From Octopus vulgaris (Eukaryota): a DNA stretch of 64,000 nt. The position numbers were made by a program, and so were the translations under genes. The notes under the pieces were generated by a model. The model had not been told where the DNA came from and ran no database searches. It saw nothing but the letters and a program-made list of their open reading frames with translations. This document shows positions 29,130 to 45,229 of this stretch, piece by piece. The stretch lies in contig OX597821.1 of the NCBI GenBank assembly GCA_951406725.2, forward strand, positions 31,682,001 to 31,746,000, given 5' to 3'. Numbering within the stretch: position 1 is the first letter of the stretch; each line of letters begins with the position of its first letter.

Positions 29130-31659
29130 TAAGGGTAGAAATTGATATTTATCAATTAAGACCAGTGGTCTAGCATATTAAAAAAGAATCCGAAGATTAA
29201 AATATTTATATATACCGATTAAGGACTGAACACGAAAAGTGAACAGTCAACATGCTAGATATAGACGTCAAATCGTCATTCTCCACAAAAGATTATGTTC
29301 TCAGATCAAACTCAACACAAAACCATAGCAATAAACAAGTGAAAAATATACGAAATAAAATAATTACCCATGTACTAACTTAGTTTCAACTGTTATTTTC
29401 CGCAAGGAAAACTGCAGCCATCATCAGCATGGTCCGTTATAAATGTAATTTGCTGGACTAAATGCAAACACGATACCGAAATATCGCGTGCATGGAGTTC
29501 AGCCTATTACATTTGAATATATCTTTCAAATGCCTTTACTTTGGCGCGTTGAGACCCGAGAAAACTAGCCTGCAGCTAATAATTAGCAGCGGTTAATTTA
29601 TCGGTTAGAGAACATTTATTTATATAAAATTAATTAAGGGTAGAAATTGATATTTATCAATTAAGACCAGTGCTCTAGCATATTAAAAAAGAATCCGAAG
29701 ATTAAAATATTTATATATACCAATTAAGGACTGAACACGAAAAGTGGACAGTCAACATGCTAGATATAGACGTCAAATCGTCATTCTCCACAAAAGATTA
29801 TGTTCTCAGATCAAACTCAACACAAAACCATAGCAATAAACAAGTGAAAAATATACGAAATAAAATAATTACCCATGTACTAACTTAGTTTCAACTGTTA
29901 TTTTCCGCAAGGAAAACTGCAGCCATCATCAGCATGGTCCGTTATAAATGTAATTTGCTGGACTAAATGCAAACACGATACCGAAATATCGCGTGCATGG
30001 AGTTCAGCCTATTACATTTGAATATATCTTTCAAATGCCTTTACTTTGGCGCGTTGAGACCCGAGAAAACTAGCCTGCAGCTAATAATTAGCAGCGGTTA
30101 ATTTATCGGTTAGAGAACATTTATTTATATAAAATTAATTAAGGGTAGAAATTGATATTTATCAATTAAGACCAGTGGTCTAGCATATTAAAAAAGAATC
30201 CGAAGATTAAAATATTTATATATACCAATTAAGGACTGAACACGAAAAGTGGACAGTCAACATGCTAGATATAGACGTCAAATCGTCATTCTCCACAAAA
30301 GATTATGTTCTCAGATCAAACTCAACACAAAACCATAGCAATAAACAAGTGAATAATATACGAAATAAAATAATTACCCATGTACTAACTTAGTTTCAAC
30401 TGTTATTTTCCGCAAGGAAAACTGCAGCCATCATCAGCATGGTCCGTTATAAATGTAATTTGCTGGACTAAATGCAAACACGATACCGAAATATCGCGTG
30501 CATGGAGTTCAGCCTATTACATTTGAATATATCTTTCAAATGCCTTTACTTTGGCGCGTTGAGACCCGAGAAAACTAGCCTGCAGCTAATAATTAGCAGC
30601 GGTTAATTTATCGGTTAGAGAACATTTATTTATATAAAATTAATTAAGGGTAGAAATTGATATTTATCAATTAAGACCAGTGCTCTAGCATATTAAAAAA
30701 GAATCCGAAGATTAAAATATTTATATATACCAATTAAGGACTGAACGCGAAAAGTGGACAGTCAACATGCTAGATATAGACGTCAAATCGTCATTCTCCA
30801 CAAAAGATTATGTTCTCAGATCAAACTCAACACAAAACCATAGCAATAAACAAGTGAAAAATATACGAAATAAAATAATTACCCATGTACTAACTTAGTT
30901 TCAACTGTTATTTTCCGCAAGGAAAACTGCAGCCATCATCAGCATGGTCCGTTATAAATGTAATTTGCTGGACTAAATGCAAACACGATACCGAAATATC
31001 GCGTGCATGGAGTTCAGCCTATTACATTTGAATATATCTTTCAAATGCCTTTACTTTGGCGCGTTGAGACCCGAGAAAACTAGCCTGCAGCTAATAATTA
31101 GCAGCGGTTAATTTATCGGTTAGAGAACATTTATTTATATAAAATTAATTAAGGGTATATATAAATATTTTAATCTTCGGATTCTTTTTTTAATATGCTA
31201 GACCACTGGTCTTAATTGATAAATATCAATTTCTACCCTTAATTAATTTTATATAAATAAATGTTCTCTAACCGATAAATTAACCGCTGCTAATTATTAG
31301 CTGCAGGCTAGTTTTCTCGGGTCTCAACGCGCCAAAGTAAAGGCATTTGAAAGATATATTCAAATGTAATAGGCTGAACTCCATGCACGCGATATTTCGG
31401 TATCGTGTTTGCATTTAGTCCAGCAAATTACATTTATAACGGACCATGCTGATGATGGCTGCAGTTTTCCTTGCGGAAAATAACAGTTGAAACTAAGTTA
31501 GTACATGGGTAATTATTTTATTTCGTATATTTTTCACTTGTTTATTGCTATGGTTTTGTGTTGAGTTTGATCTGAGAACATAATCTTTTGTGGAGAATGA
31601 CGATTTGACGTCTATATCTAGCATGTTGACTGTCCACTTTTCGTGTTCAGTCCTTAATT

Positions 31660-31665
<6 letters not shown>
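29121..31665. repeat. 505-bp tandem array (4 direct units plus 1 inverted, circularly permuted unit), retrozyme-like
   Basis: Units start at 29121, 29626, 30131, 30636 and 31141 (partial); inverted copy ~31156-31665; near-identical; bounded by (TA)n. Confidence 0.95.
31444..31508 (+). ncRNA. Type I hammerhead of the 505-bp unit (minus-strand copies 29368-29432, 29873-29937, 30378-30442, 30883-30947)
   Basis: CCATG CTGATGA T GGCTG..TTTTCC TTGC GGAAAA..CAGTT GAAA CTAAGTTAG TA CATGG. Confidence 0.85.
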
Positions 31666-31701
<36 letters not shown>

Positions 31702-33199
31702 TAATCCAAACATGAAAACACAGAGAGAAAACACAACAACGCCAGGACGTGGAACAAATATAGTATTATTGGACGCTCAGGAAGGAAGGAAAGAAGGAGG
31801 GCTTAACGTTTCGAGCGGAGCTCTTCGTCAGAATCATAGGAAAAGGAAAGATCCAAAGGGAAGACGGAGAAAAAAAATCGCCAGCGGTACACACGCGATC
31901 CATATGGTAAAGTACAGAACAAGGAACGTTATCCTTTACTAAGGATAAAATTTGAATATTAAAAAACAGTATTTGATTTTAATTTACAAAGTAACATTAT
32001 AATTATGAAAGGTATCATCGTCATTCTGTTAAAATATTGACACACTAGAATACTTAGAAATATGGGAATCAGAAGTACCATTATAGGTACCTTTTCATGC
32101 GAAGTAGAATAGTATATATGGTAGGAAAATTCATTATGAAGAAATTGGCATTATGTGAAGACTAAATACGGGAAGACTGCAATAACTTAGGCAATAACTC
32201 AAGCAAATTTTACTGTGAATATATTGTTATAGGTAGATCTTAAAGTAATATGTATCTCATTTTTTATTCTTCTGTGTATTGTGCTAACTAATTATGCACT
32301 ACTATTATTTGTTAAGACCTATTTTCAAATTTCTAAGTATCAATTAATAATAAAAAAATGATTTTTAATGTTAAAAATATTTTAAGTTATTTTTTAATTC
32401 TTAATACAAATAACAAGTAATAAAAATTGAAGTAATAACTTGTAATAATATTTTTAGCTTTAATAAAAACTAATATTTTCCTAATTTAAATATTTTATTT
32501 GAAATTTTGTCCTTAGCTGCAATATTTTAAGTAAAATTTTTTTGTTGCTCTGTAACTTGTCCCGTAATTTTCCGTGGTTATAATATTCTTTTCTACTCTA
32601 GGCACAAAGCCCGAAATTTTGGGAGAGGGTGGCTAGTCGATTAGATTGACCTCAGTACACAACTGGAACTAAATTTATCGACCCCGAAAGGATGAACGTT
32701 AAAGTCGACCTCTGCGGAATAAAGACAGAAGAAATACCTATTTCTTTACTACCCACAAGGGGCTAAACACAGAGAGGACAAACAATGACAGACAAACGGA
32801 TTAAGTCGATTATATTGACCTAGTTCGTAACTGGTACTTATTCAATCGACCCCGAAAGTATGAAAAGCAAAGTCGACCTCGGCGGAATTGAACTCAGAAC
32901 GTAACGCCAGACGAAATACCTATTTCTTTATTACCCACAAGTGGCTAAACATAGAAGGGACAAACAAGGACAGACATAGGTATTAAGTCGATTACATCGA
33001 CCCCAGTGCGGAACTGGTACTTAATTTATCGACCCCGAAAGGATGAAAGGCAAAGTCAACCTCGGCGGAATTTGAACTCACAACGTAACGACAGACGAAA
33101 TACCGCTAAGCATTTCATCCGGCGTGCTAACGGTTCTGCCAGCTCGCCGCCTTTCCAGGTTTATAATATCAAGAATACTATTTCTCTTGCTCACATTTA

Positions 33200-36185
<2,986 letters not shown>

Positions 36186-36423
36186 AAACAAATAAAATAA
36201 ATAAAATTGGAATTAAATTTGGAAAGATTTTCTGTCAATAACATCATTTGATATTTTCCATCCTGAAAACTAATTTTATTGTCTTAATTTGGTGGTTTCA
36301 ATAACGTTAGCACTTTTATTTAAAGAGTGTTTCTTTTTTTTTTTTTTTTTTGGAGAAACAAAACATCTAAATGATGTTCAATTGCTCAATAAAACGCATA
36401 TTGACAATAAGCTATTTCTAAAA

Positions 36424-36479
<56 letters not shown>

Positions 36480-37399
36480 GCGATGGAATATTACTCGCGC
36501 ATTCCTCTAGTGTTCGAAACAATTTCTAATCGCTAATCACACACACACCCATACGCATACATACGTACATACATACATACACATGTACGTATGTACATAT
36601 GTATACATGTACATATACACTTGTATTGTGTGTATGCACACGCGCGCGTGCCTGAGTATGTCAGTTCTGTATATGTAATCGTATACTAATACGTGTACAT
36701 ATTTATACGTGTGTATATACTCATACATATGGCTACGTCTATGTATACAATCGAATAATAGACAGAAGGTTAGAGAAAATATACATAAAATATACAAAAA
36801 TATAAAAAGAAAATCGATTTGTAAATGAATTTGTGCTGATGTTTTACAAACTTACATCTTTGATGTTTGTTTATTTCTCTTCGTCGATATTACATACTTT
36901 GATATAGTTGTTAAACCAAGATTATATTCTACACTTTAATTTTCAATATCAAAGACAGAAAAGAAATGAAAAAAAAAAATACAAATATCAAATTGAACAG
37001 CGCACATATAAACAAGAGAAGATATAGATTTAATCACTTCGTTGACCGTACCAGTGTTTGATACATCTCATTTCATCATGTATAAGATATATCTAAATTC
37101 ATGATTCCATGTGATGTATACGATTCACAAGATTCTATGACAGAATGTCTAATAGGATTCCAGTCTCTTCCTTTTCATGTATTGAAACTGTTCTATACAT
37201 CACTTTTAAAATAGAGGTTATGTATACGTATGTACGCAAGTATGTATCTATTTATGTACGTTATGTATATGTATGTATCTATGTAGGTATGCATGTCTAA
37301 TGGATGTAGGAATATATGTATTCAAACAAAGGTACAAGAACACATTATTAACAACTAAACAGTAATTAATACTGTAATGCAAACTTCATACTTTAATAT

Positions 37400-38110
37400 A
37401 ATTTAAGAACCTCCCAAAACTGCGGTATTCATCCCGAGAAAGCATTTCATATATACATATAATGTTAAAAAACCAGAGGGCCTGGGCGTGATAGATCACG
37501 GGGTTTCAGCGTGTTTGACTAATCACTGTTTTTCTATATATCAGTACGAATATATTTGACTAGCATAAATTATAGTGAATATCTACTACTGATGAAGTGA
37601 AGGCACGTAGTAACCATTTAGTCAGGGAGTTCCACAACTGGTGTGGAGTATTTTGTGTTCACAGCTTACAGTCTGTACTGTTAAAGATTATAACATAACT
37701 ATGTAGGCGAAGCCTGCTTCAAGAGGAAAATTTCAGATTTTCGGTGATTTTAATGATATCCAGGTTAAGTAAGATATAAAGATTCCGCTTTAGTAATACA
37801 ACTTTCGACGCTACTAATTTTTATCCATCCCGGCAAATATTTACGACGCCAATGGTTTTCCTATATATTAGCGCGGATAATATTTCGGTAGCATACGGCG
37901 ACAATGAGTACCAGTCACTAATAGAGCGCAAACACAATGAGATCTCCGAAAACAAACATTCTACGCCATTGCAGGACATTTTCCCCTATGCTGCTAATAT
38001 TTTGATCTTGTTAGTAGAGGGCGTCTGTGTAAAATGATTTTTCATGTCGAATACTGCAACTATAGAGCAATCTGTGAGGTTAATTATGGTATAAAGAAAT
38101 ACTGAGTAGT
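37400..38110 (-). pseudogene. Decayed coding block (~235 codons, one frame)
   Basis: INLTDCSIVAVFDMKNHF..SDWYSLSPYATEILSALIY..QLWNSLTKWLLRAF..YRSFGRFLNY with ~6 stops. Confidence 0.55.
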
Positions 38111-38377
38111 AATAGATGTAAAGATAGCACACGCACACACACATAAACATATATACATACATACATACATGCATACATACATATATATATATCTTTTTTT
38201 ATTTGTTTCAGTCATTTGACTGCGGCCATGCTGGAGCACCGCCTTTTTAGTCGAGCAAATATATTCTATCGGTCTCATTTGCCGAACTGCTAAGTGACGG
38301 AGATGTAAACACACCAGCATCGGTTGTCAAGCAATGCTAGGGGGACAAACACATACACACAAACACATACACACACG

Positions 38378-38420
<43 letters not shown>

Positions 38421-39536
38421 GACAGGCTTCTTTCAGTTTCCGTCTAGCAAATCCACTCACAAGGCATCGGTCGGCCCGAGGCTATAGCAGAATACACTTG
38501 CCCAAGATGCCACGCAGTGGGACTGAACCCGGAACCATGTGGTTGGTTAGCAAGCTACTTACCACACAGCCACTCCTGCGCCTGTATATATTTATATACT
38601 TTATTTTAAAGCAGCAGAAATATAACAACAGCTATTACTGGCCAATGGTTAGGGCAGCGGAAACGCGGTCGTAGGATCGCGGTTTCAATTCCCAGACCGG
38701 GCGTTGTGAGTGTTTATTGAGCGAAAACACCTAAAGTTCCACGTGGCTCCGGCAGGGATGGTGGTGATCCCTGCTGTACTCTTTCACCACAACTTTCTCT
38801 CAGTCTTACTTCCTGTTTCTGTTGTACCTGTATTTCAAAGGGCCGGCCTTGTCACTCTCTGTGTCACGCTGAATATCCCCGAGAACTACGTGTCTGTGGA
38901 GTGCTCAGCCACTTACACGTTAATTTCATGAGCATGCTGTTCCGTTGATTGGATCAACCGGAACCCTCGTCGTCGTAACCGACGGAGTGCTTCCATCCAC
39001 TAAACAGTAATGTCCGAGTATCAGTTTACGATTCTTAGAGCTACTACACACTAATTACCTTATATCTTCTAATTATTCACTGTCATGCTTTAACTGTTTA
39101 AACGGAATTTTGGTTTCACCAACCTATCATGTTTGGCCCATTCCACTTCTCAAACTATAATTTGATAATAACAATGTTTTATAATTTTTCTATAAGTTAT
39201 AATCTTTCACTTTTAATCTTTCTCTCTGTCTGAACGGACGATTACTTCCTTACCATTTATTTCCAGTTTATTCCACTTCTCTTCAACTTTATATTTTTAT
39301 ATTTTGCATATTTTATAATTTATAATGTTTGATATTTCAATTGGTTGTAACTAATTTTGTAAATAATATGTTTTTTTTATTTTATGACATGTATTTCCTT
39401 TCTTAGTTATTTTTAATTTTATATTTTTTTTTAATTTACAGATGCTTATAATATATTAAACCTTTATACCGACTTCACCTAAGATTTATATACACTTCCA
39501 CCTATTAAGGTTTAGCAACTTGCTGCAGATATAACG

Positions 39537-39690
39537 TAAATTTCTTATTTCTATATATTATATTTTCTGATATTTCACTTGGTTCTTTATATCTTTTGAA
39601 CTAATTTATATATATATATATATAAATTAGTTCAAAAGATATAAAGAACCAAGTGAAATATCAGAAAATATAGAGAAATAAGAAATTTAT
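39537..39690. repeat. Inverted repeat centred on (TA)n
   Basis: tattttctgatatttcacttggttctttatatcttttgaactaatt-(TA)n-exact reverse complement. Confidence 0.9.
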
Positions 39691-40046
39691 ATATATATAT
39701 ATATATATATATCTCTTATTCGTTAGTGAACATCGTCTGGTGGTCTTATAAACCTCCACCCATCAATCACACACGCATTACATAATCTCCACCCCACTTA
39801 CTCATTTTATATCTCTGTTTCCTCCCCAAATAAGCCAAAAATCAATGTCTTTAAGACGCATTATGTGACAATACACCCTGGATACAAGTCTAAGGAAATG
39901 CTTCTCTAATGATTAAAAACCGCAAATATTACGTAAAGTTTCACTTTGAATTTTTGCATACACTGGCGCTGCAAATACAGTTGATACAGACACAAGTGTA
40001 ACGAATCCTTAAAAATGTATTACAGAATTTTCTTACTTTTTCATTC

Positions 40047-40102
<56 letters not shown>

Positions 40103-40142
40103 AACTGAATTGAAGAAGTTAGAAAATTCTATAATATATACA

Positions 40143-40203
<61 letters not shown>

Positions 40204-40211
<8 letters not shown>

Positions 40212-40738
40212 GAAAGTTTGAAGATTGAATTTTCAAGAGGTTTATTCACTTGACCGGTTTCACTTTTTTAGAAAAAGATTGTCAAAGTTAAAATTTAAAC
40301 CTTTGTATGAGGTATGTTGGGTTCAGTGCTGGTGATCACAAAGTATTAAAATACATATATACATCCTTTGATAAAACAAAATGTTAAAAACAGTTTGCAA
40401 GAAAGTATTAAAGAACGTAATGAGAACGGGACTCCAAAAAGCATTTTGAGTTCAATAAAAAGCAAACAAACATAATTTTCACTGAACTCTAAATGCATTT
40501 TGGAGTCCCGTTCTCATTACTTTCATAAATAATTTCTAGTAAACCCTTTTGAACATTTTCTTATTATCAAAGAATGTATATATGTATTTTAATACTTTTA
40601 TGATAACCAGTGTTTAACACAAAAAAACACTCATAGAAAGCTTTACATTTTACTTTTGACAATCTTTTTCTAAAAAAGTGAAACCTTTCAAATGAATAAA
40701 CATATTAAAAAATTGCATTTTCAAACCTTCTTTCATAT
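40204..40738. mobile_element. Palindromic element with U3-A8 HHR in each arm
   Basis: ~250-bp diverged inverted arms; TTGACAA T CTTTTT CTA AAAAAG T GAAA CCGG TC AAGTG (40290-40247 -; 40651-40694 +); related sequence begins at ~63920. Confidence 0.8.
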
Positions 40739-40777
40739 ATATGTTTACTCGTGCAGTAACTTACAATTTTACTGTGT

Positions 40778-40859
<82 letters not shown>

Positions 40860-41667
40860 CACGCGTGTGTGTGCGTGTGTGTGCGTATATATATATATAT
40901 ATATGTACATTTATATATATATATATTCACGCGTGTGTGTGTATATATATATATATAGACACATTTATATATATATATATTGGCGCCAGTGTGGCTGTGT
41001 GGCAGGAAGCTTGCTTCCCAATCGCATGGTTCTGTGTTCAGTCCTGCTGCATGGTACCTTGGGCAAGTTTCTTCTAATATAGCTTCGGGCTAACTATGAG
41101 CATGTGAATGGATTTGGTAGAGGAAAACAAAAAAAGCCCGTATTGTGTGTCTTTGTGTGTCAGTGCGTGTGTGTGACTCTGTGTGTGTGTTTGTCCCCCT
41201 TCATCACTTGACAACCGAGATTGGTGTGGTTACGTCCACGAAAAGTAGAGGTTTGGCAAACTAGGTCGATAGAAGAAGTATCATTTCTAAAAAATAAATC
41301 TTAGTTGTCGATTTTCCCAATTAAAACCCTTCAGGACGGTGCCCCATCATGGCCGCTGTCAAATGACTGTAACAAGTAAAAGGTAATGGATATATCCCTA
41401 CACTTATGAGTGTGTGTGTGTGTGTGTGTGTGCATTTGTGTGTATGTGTGTGTGTTTGTATGTGCATGTATGTGCCTCTGTGTGTGCGTGTGTGTGTGTG
41501 TGTGTGTTTGTGTGTGTGTGTTTGTACGTATATACTTCGAGGGGCACGGCGTTTCCTTTATGTTACCATTTTAGAAAAACTAACGTGTATTGAACTTATT
41601 TCAAGAATTCGAAATTTAGAGGTAGCCATTATTTCGTATCATAAAAGTTAATCTACAAAGGCTTAAC

Positions 41668-42480
41668 ATGTCGGAAGAGCTTTGTGTGAGACATGTTTTT
41701 GACAACTGACTGATAATCTATCCTGATGCAATATTAGATTTAGTGAATTTATGATCTTGTCACGGATATGCAAGACTAGTGTACATGACATATCTTATGT
41801 TAAGAGATAAACTTCTTGGAAAAAAAGTAAAACAAAAGAGGAGAAAGGGCTGAAGAAGGTAGCGCAAGCAGTGAGAAACTCAATGATGGCGTTTAATATA
41901 TAGATGATTAGAAAGATGAAGACCATTATGACGTTGATGATATAAATCACAAGGATTATACACAAATATGGTCCCGTGTCATATGCTGAACTATTATCCT
42001 TCCACTCGCCACGGTTCCTCGATTTATCATGATGGTATACGAAAAGTACTAGCAGTGTTTAGTGGTATAGCAATACTGGCTGAAGGTCGGATAAAATTTG
42101 ATAAGATTGAAAGTTCGAAACTTTGTTTGATTGACTAAATAAATATAAGAAAATTCTTTTTTCCTGCTGTCTAGTTAATCGATTCCAAAACCATTTCTCG
42201 AAGTGTGAGATACTGCGTCTCATCATTATTCATAAAACTATTATCTATAAATTAATAATAATAGATATGTTAACGTTAACATTACTAATACTATTCATAG
42301 TATGAATAATACCGAAGGTTAAGACAGAATTGACAAAGGTGATGATAGCATTGTTTTTGACGATTGTAACGAACACCTTCAGTCAAATTCCACTTCCCTT
42401 GTGAGTAATGTTTACTAATATATTTGTTTCAGAAAAGGCGATTATTCTCCCATATTTAGTCTAACGCTCCATTAATAAAA
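41668..42480 (+). pseudogene. Decayed coding block with mini-intron
   Basis: MSEELCVRHVFDN..acidic tract..IYHDGIRKVLAVFSGIAILAEGRIKFDKI; GTGAGT..ACTAAT..TTTCAG at 42401-42432. Confidence 0.45.
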
Positions 42481-42968
42481 GTGAATAGATAGATAAAAAT
42501 TTCTACATCACTGAACTAATCTGTTGATGTTTTCCTTTTTTCCCTTTCAGTATAATTTTATTGATATATCATTTACCTTTTTTTCTTTGATGCGAATAGA
42601 CATTTATGACAAAGAAACACAAAATTTTCCATTATGTAATACATTATATATTCACATATACAAAACACAAGTAGTTATACTAACATATACATTTTCATAT
42701 AAGCATACACATAGCTATATGTGCATGTATATGCGTGTATATCTAAGTGTATATGCGTATATTTGAGTATAACAATATATTTATATACTTAGCGCGACAT
42801 ATACAAACATTAATAAATATATATATAGGTATTTCATATATAATTCATAGATTTATATATGACTAATATACATATATGTATACATTCTGTACATAAATAT
42901 ACATGTATATTAATCATATATGTAGCATGGCCGCAGTCAAATGACTGAATCAAGTATGTGTGTATGTA

Positions 42969-43005
<37 letters not shown>

Positions 43006-43057
43006 GTGTGTGTATGTGCGGATGTGTGTGTGTGCGTGTGTGTGTGTGTTTGTACGC

Positions 43058-43095
<38 letters not shown>

Positions 43096-44021
43096 ATATG
43101 TATATATGGATAGACAAATATATTATATATATTTGTTATGTATGTATGTATGCATATATATATGTATATATATGAGTGTGTGTGTGTGTATGCATATGTA
43201 TATATATATGTGTGTGTGTGTATGCATGATTGTGTGTGTGAGTGCGTGTTTCGATATAGATGTACATACACTCACAGACATACAGACACAAATTTGAAAA
43301 CAAACATATATATGTTTGTATGTAAGTAATGTAATGTGTACGCGAGACAGAGATATAATATTTTAGACGTTTGTTTTAAGCCGATTAAGTTGAGTTTTCT
43401 CTGTCTTAGGCGATTGTTTTGTTATAGCGCCTGATCCGCTGGAAGGAAAAACAGTGTTCTATATTTTCCTCTAATTTATACTGTGTGAATTTTATACTTT
43501 TTTTCATATGAATTTTACTGATCTATGAAATTTAAATCTCTCTCACATATGTTATTATAGATATCATAAGTCATGTTCAGTCGCATACACTGACGCAAGC
43601 CTAGCACAGTGATATTACTCACGGACTATCTATAAATAAAACGCTTGTATTACACCAGATATTCTCAGATTCGTAACACATATATTCAATCATCTTAACA
43701 CATATGTGCTTATATGTGTCGTGTATCATTTGACAGGAGTGACACATGTGTGTATGGGTGTGCGTGTGTTTATGTATAATATACTCTTTTACTCTTTTTA
43801 CTCTTTCATTTGTTTCAGTCAATTGACTGTGACCATGCTGGAGCACCACCTTTTAGTCGAGCAAATCGATCCCAGGACTTATTCTTTGTAAACCTAGTAC
43901 TTATTCTATTGTTCTCTTTTGCCGAACCGCTAAGTTACGGGGACGTAAACACACCAGCATCGGTTGTCAGGCGATGTTGGTGGGACAAACATAGACACAC
44001 AAACAAATACACATACACATA

Positions 44022-44102
<81 letters not shown>

Positions 44103-45034
44103 GACGGGATTCTTTCAGTTTCCGTCTACCAAATCCGAGACTATAGCAGAAGACACTAGCCCAAGGTGCCACGCAGTGGGACCGAACCGGGAACCATGTG
44201 ATTCGTAAACAAGCTACTTACCACACAGCCACTCCTGCGCCTATAATATATGAATGATTTCATATGAATTTATTTATAAATTTATTAATTTCCATAGACC
44301 CATGTGTTTAAGTTCTGCTTGTTTTATCGACCCCGGAAGTATGAAAGGCACAGCCGAATTCAGAACGTTAGGAGGATCAAAATGCTGCTACGATTCTATT
44401 TGCTCGCTACATTATGACATTTAAATATATATGTAGTACATATTTATCTACTTTTACACGGAAAAGTTACTTAGAAACCTAACGCAGATTTATTTGCCAA
44501 AATGATGAAGACATGTCAGCCTCTACTTTGTGTGTGTGTTTGTCTGTGTCTGTGTGTGCCTGTGTGTGCGTGCGTATATGTGCTTGTGTGCATGTTTGTG
44601 CGTGTATGCGCGCATGTATTTGCGTCCGTGTATTTATATTGTCGTATTCTTACATACGTATTTATACATACGTGTGCGTGTGTATAAACGTACGTGTATA
44701 TAATTGTGGTTCTTACCGTCGTAGAAAAGCGTCGTAGAAAAGCGTCGAGCTGGCAGAAACGTTAGCATAGCGGTATTTCGTCTGCTGTTATGTTCTGAGT
44801 TCAAATTCCGCCGAGGTCGACTTTGCCTTTCATCCTTCGGGATCGTTAAAGTAAGTAACAGTTACACACTGAAGTCGATTTAATCGACTTAATTCCTCTG
44901 ACTGTCCTTCTTTATCCCCTCTATGTTTAGCTCCATATGGCAATAAAGAAATAAGAAACGCTAGCACGCCGGGCGAAATGCTTAGCGGCATTTCGTCTGT
45001 CTTTACGTTCTGAGTTCAAATTCCACCGAGGTCG

Positions 45035-45210
45035 AACGCCAAGCAGGGCGGTCTTATGCTTGCATTTTCCAGGTGTCGGAGTTGAATTCAAATGTCTTCA
45101 GAGAGACTTTGAGTGTATCCTTGTTGGGCGTTTTCTGCTCAACTTGCCTTCTGCCAGCTCGCTGTAAAACAATCTCTTAGATGGCTGCGTCTCAGGTATT
45201 TCAGCAAGAA
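45035..45210 (-). mobile_element. RTE LINE C-terminal fragment
   Basis: KRLFYSELAEGK..KDTLKVSLK..W..DRPAWR. Confidence 0.7.
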
Positions 45211-45229
45211 CGAACAAAGGACGAAGGCC

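Noticed and set aside
29121-31665. CRISPR-like or centromeric satellite interpretation of the array
   Set aside because: No variable spacers, eukaryotic context, only five units, and each unit contains a ribozyme.
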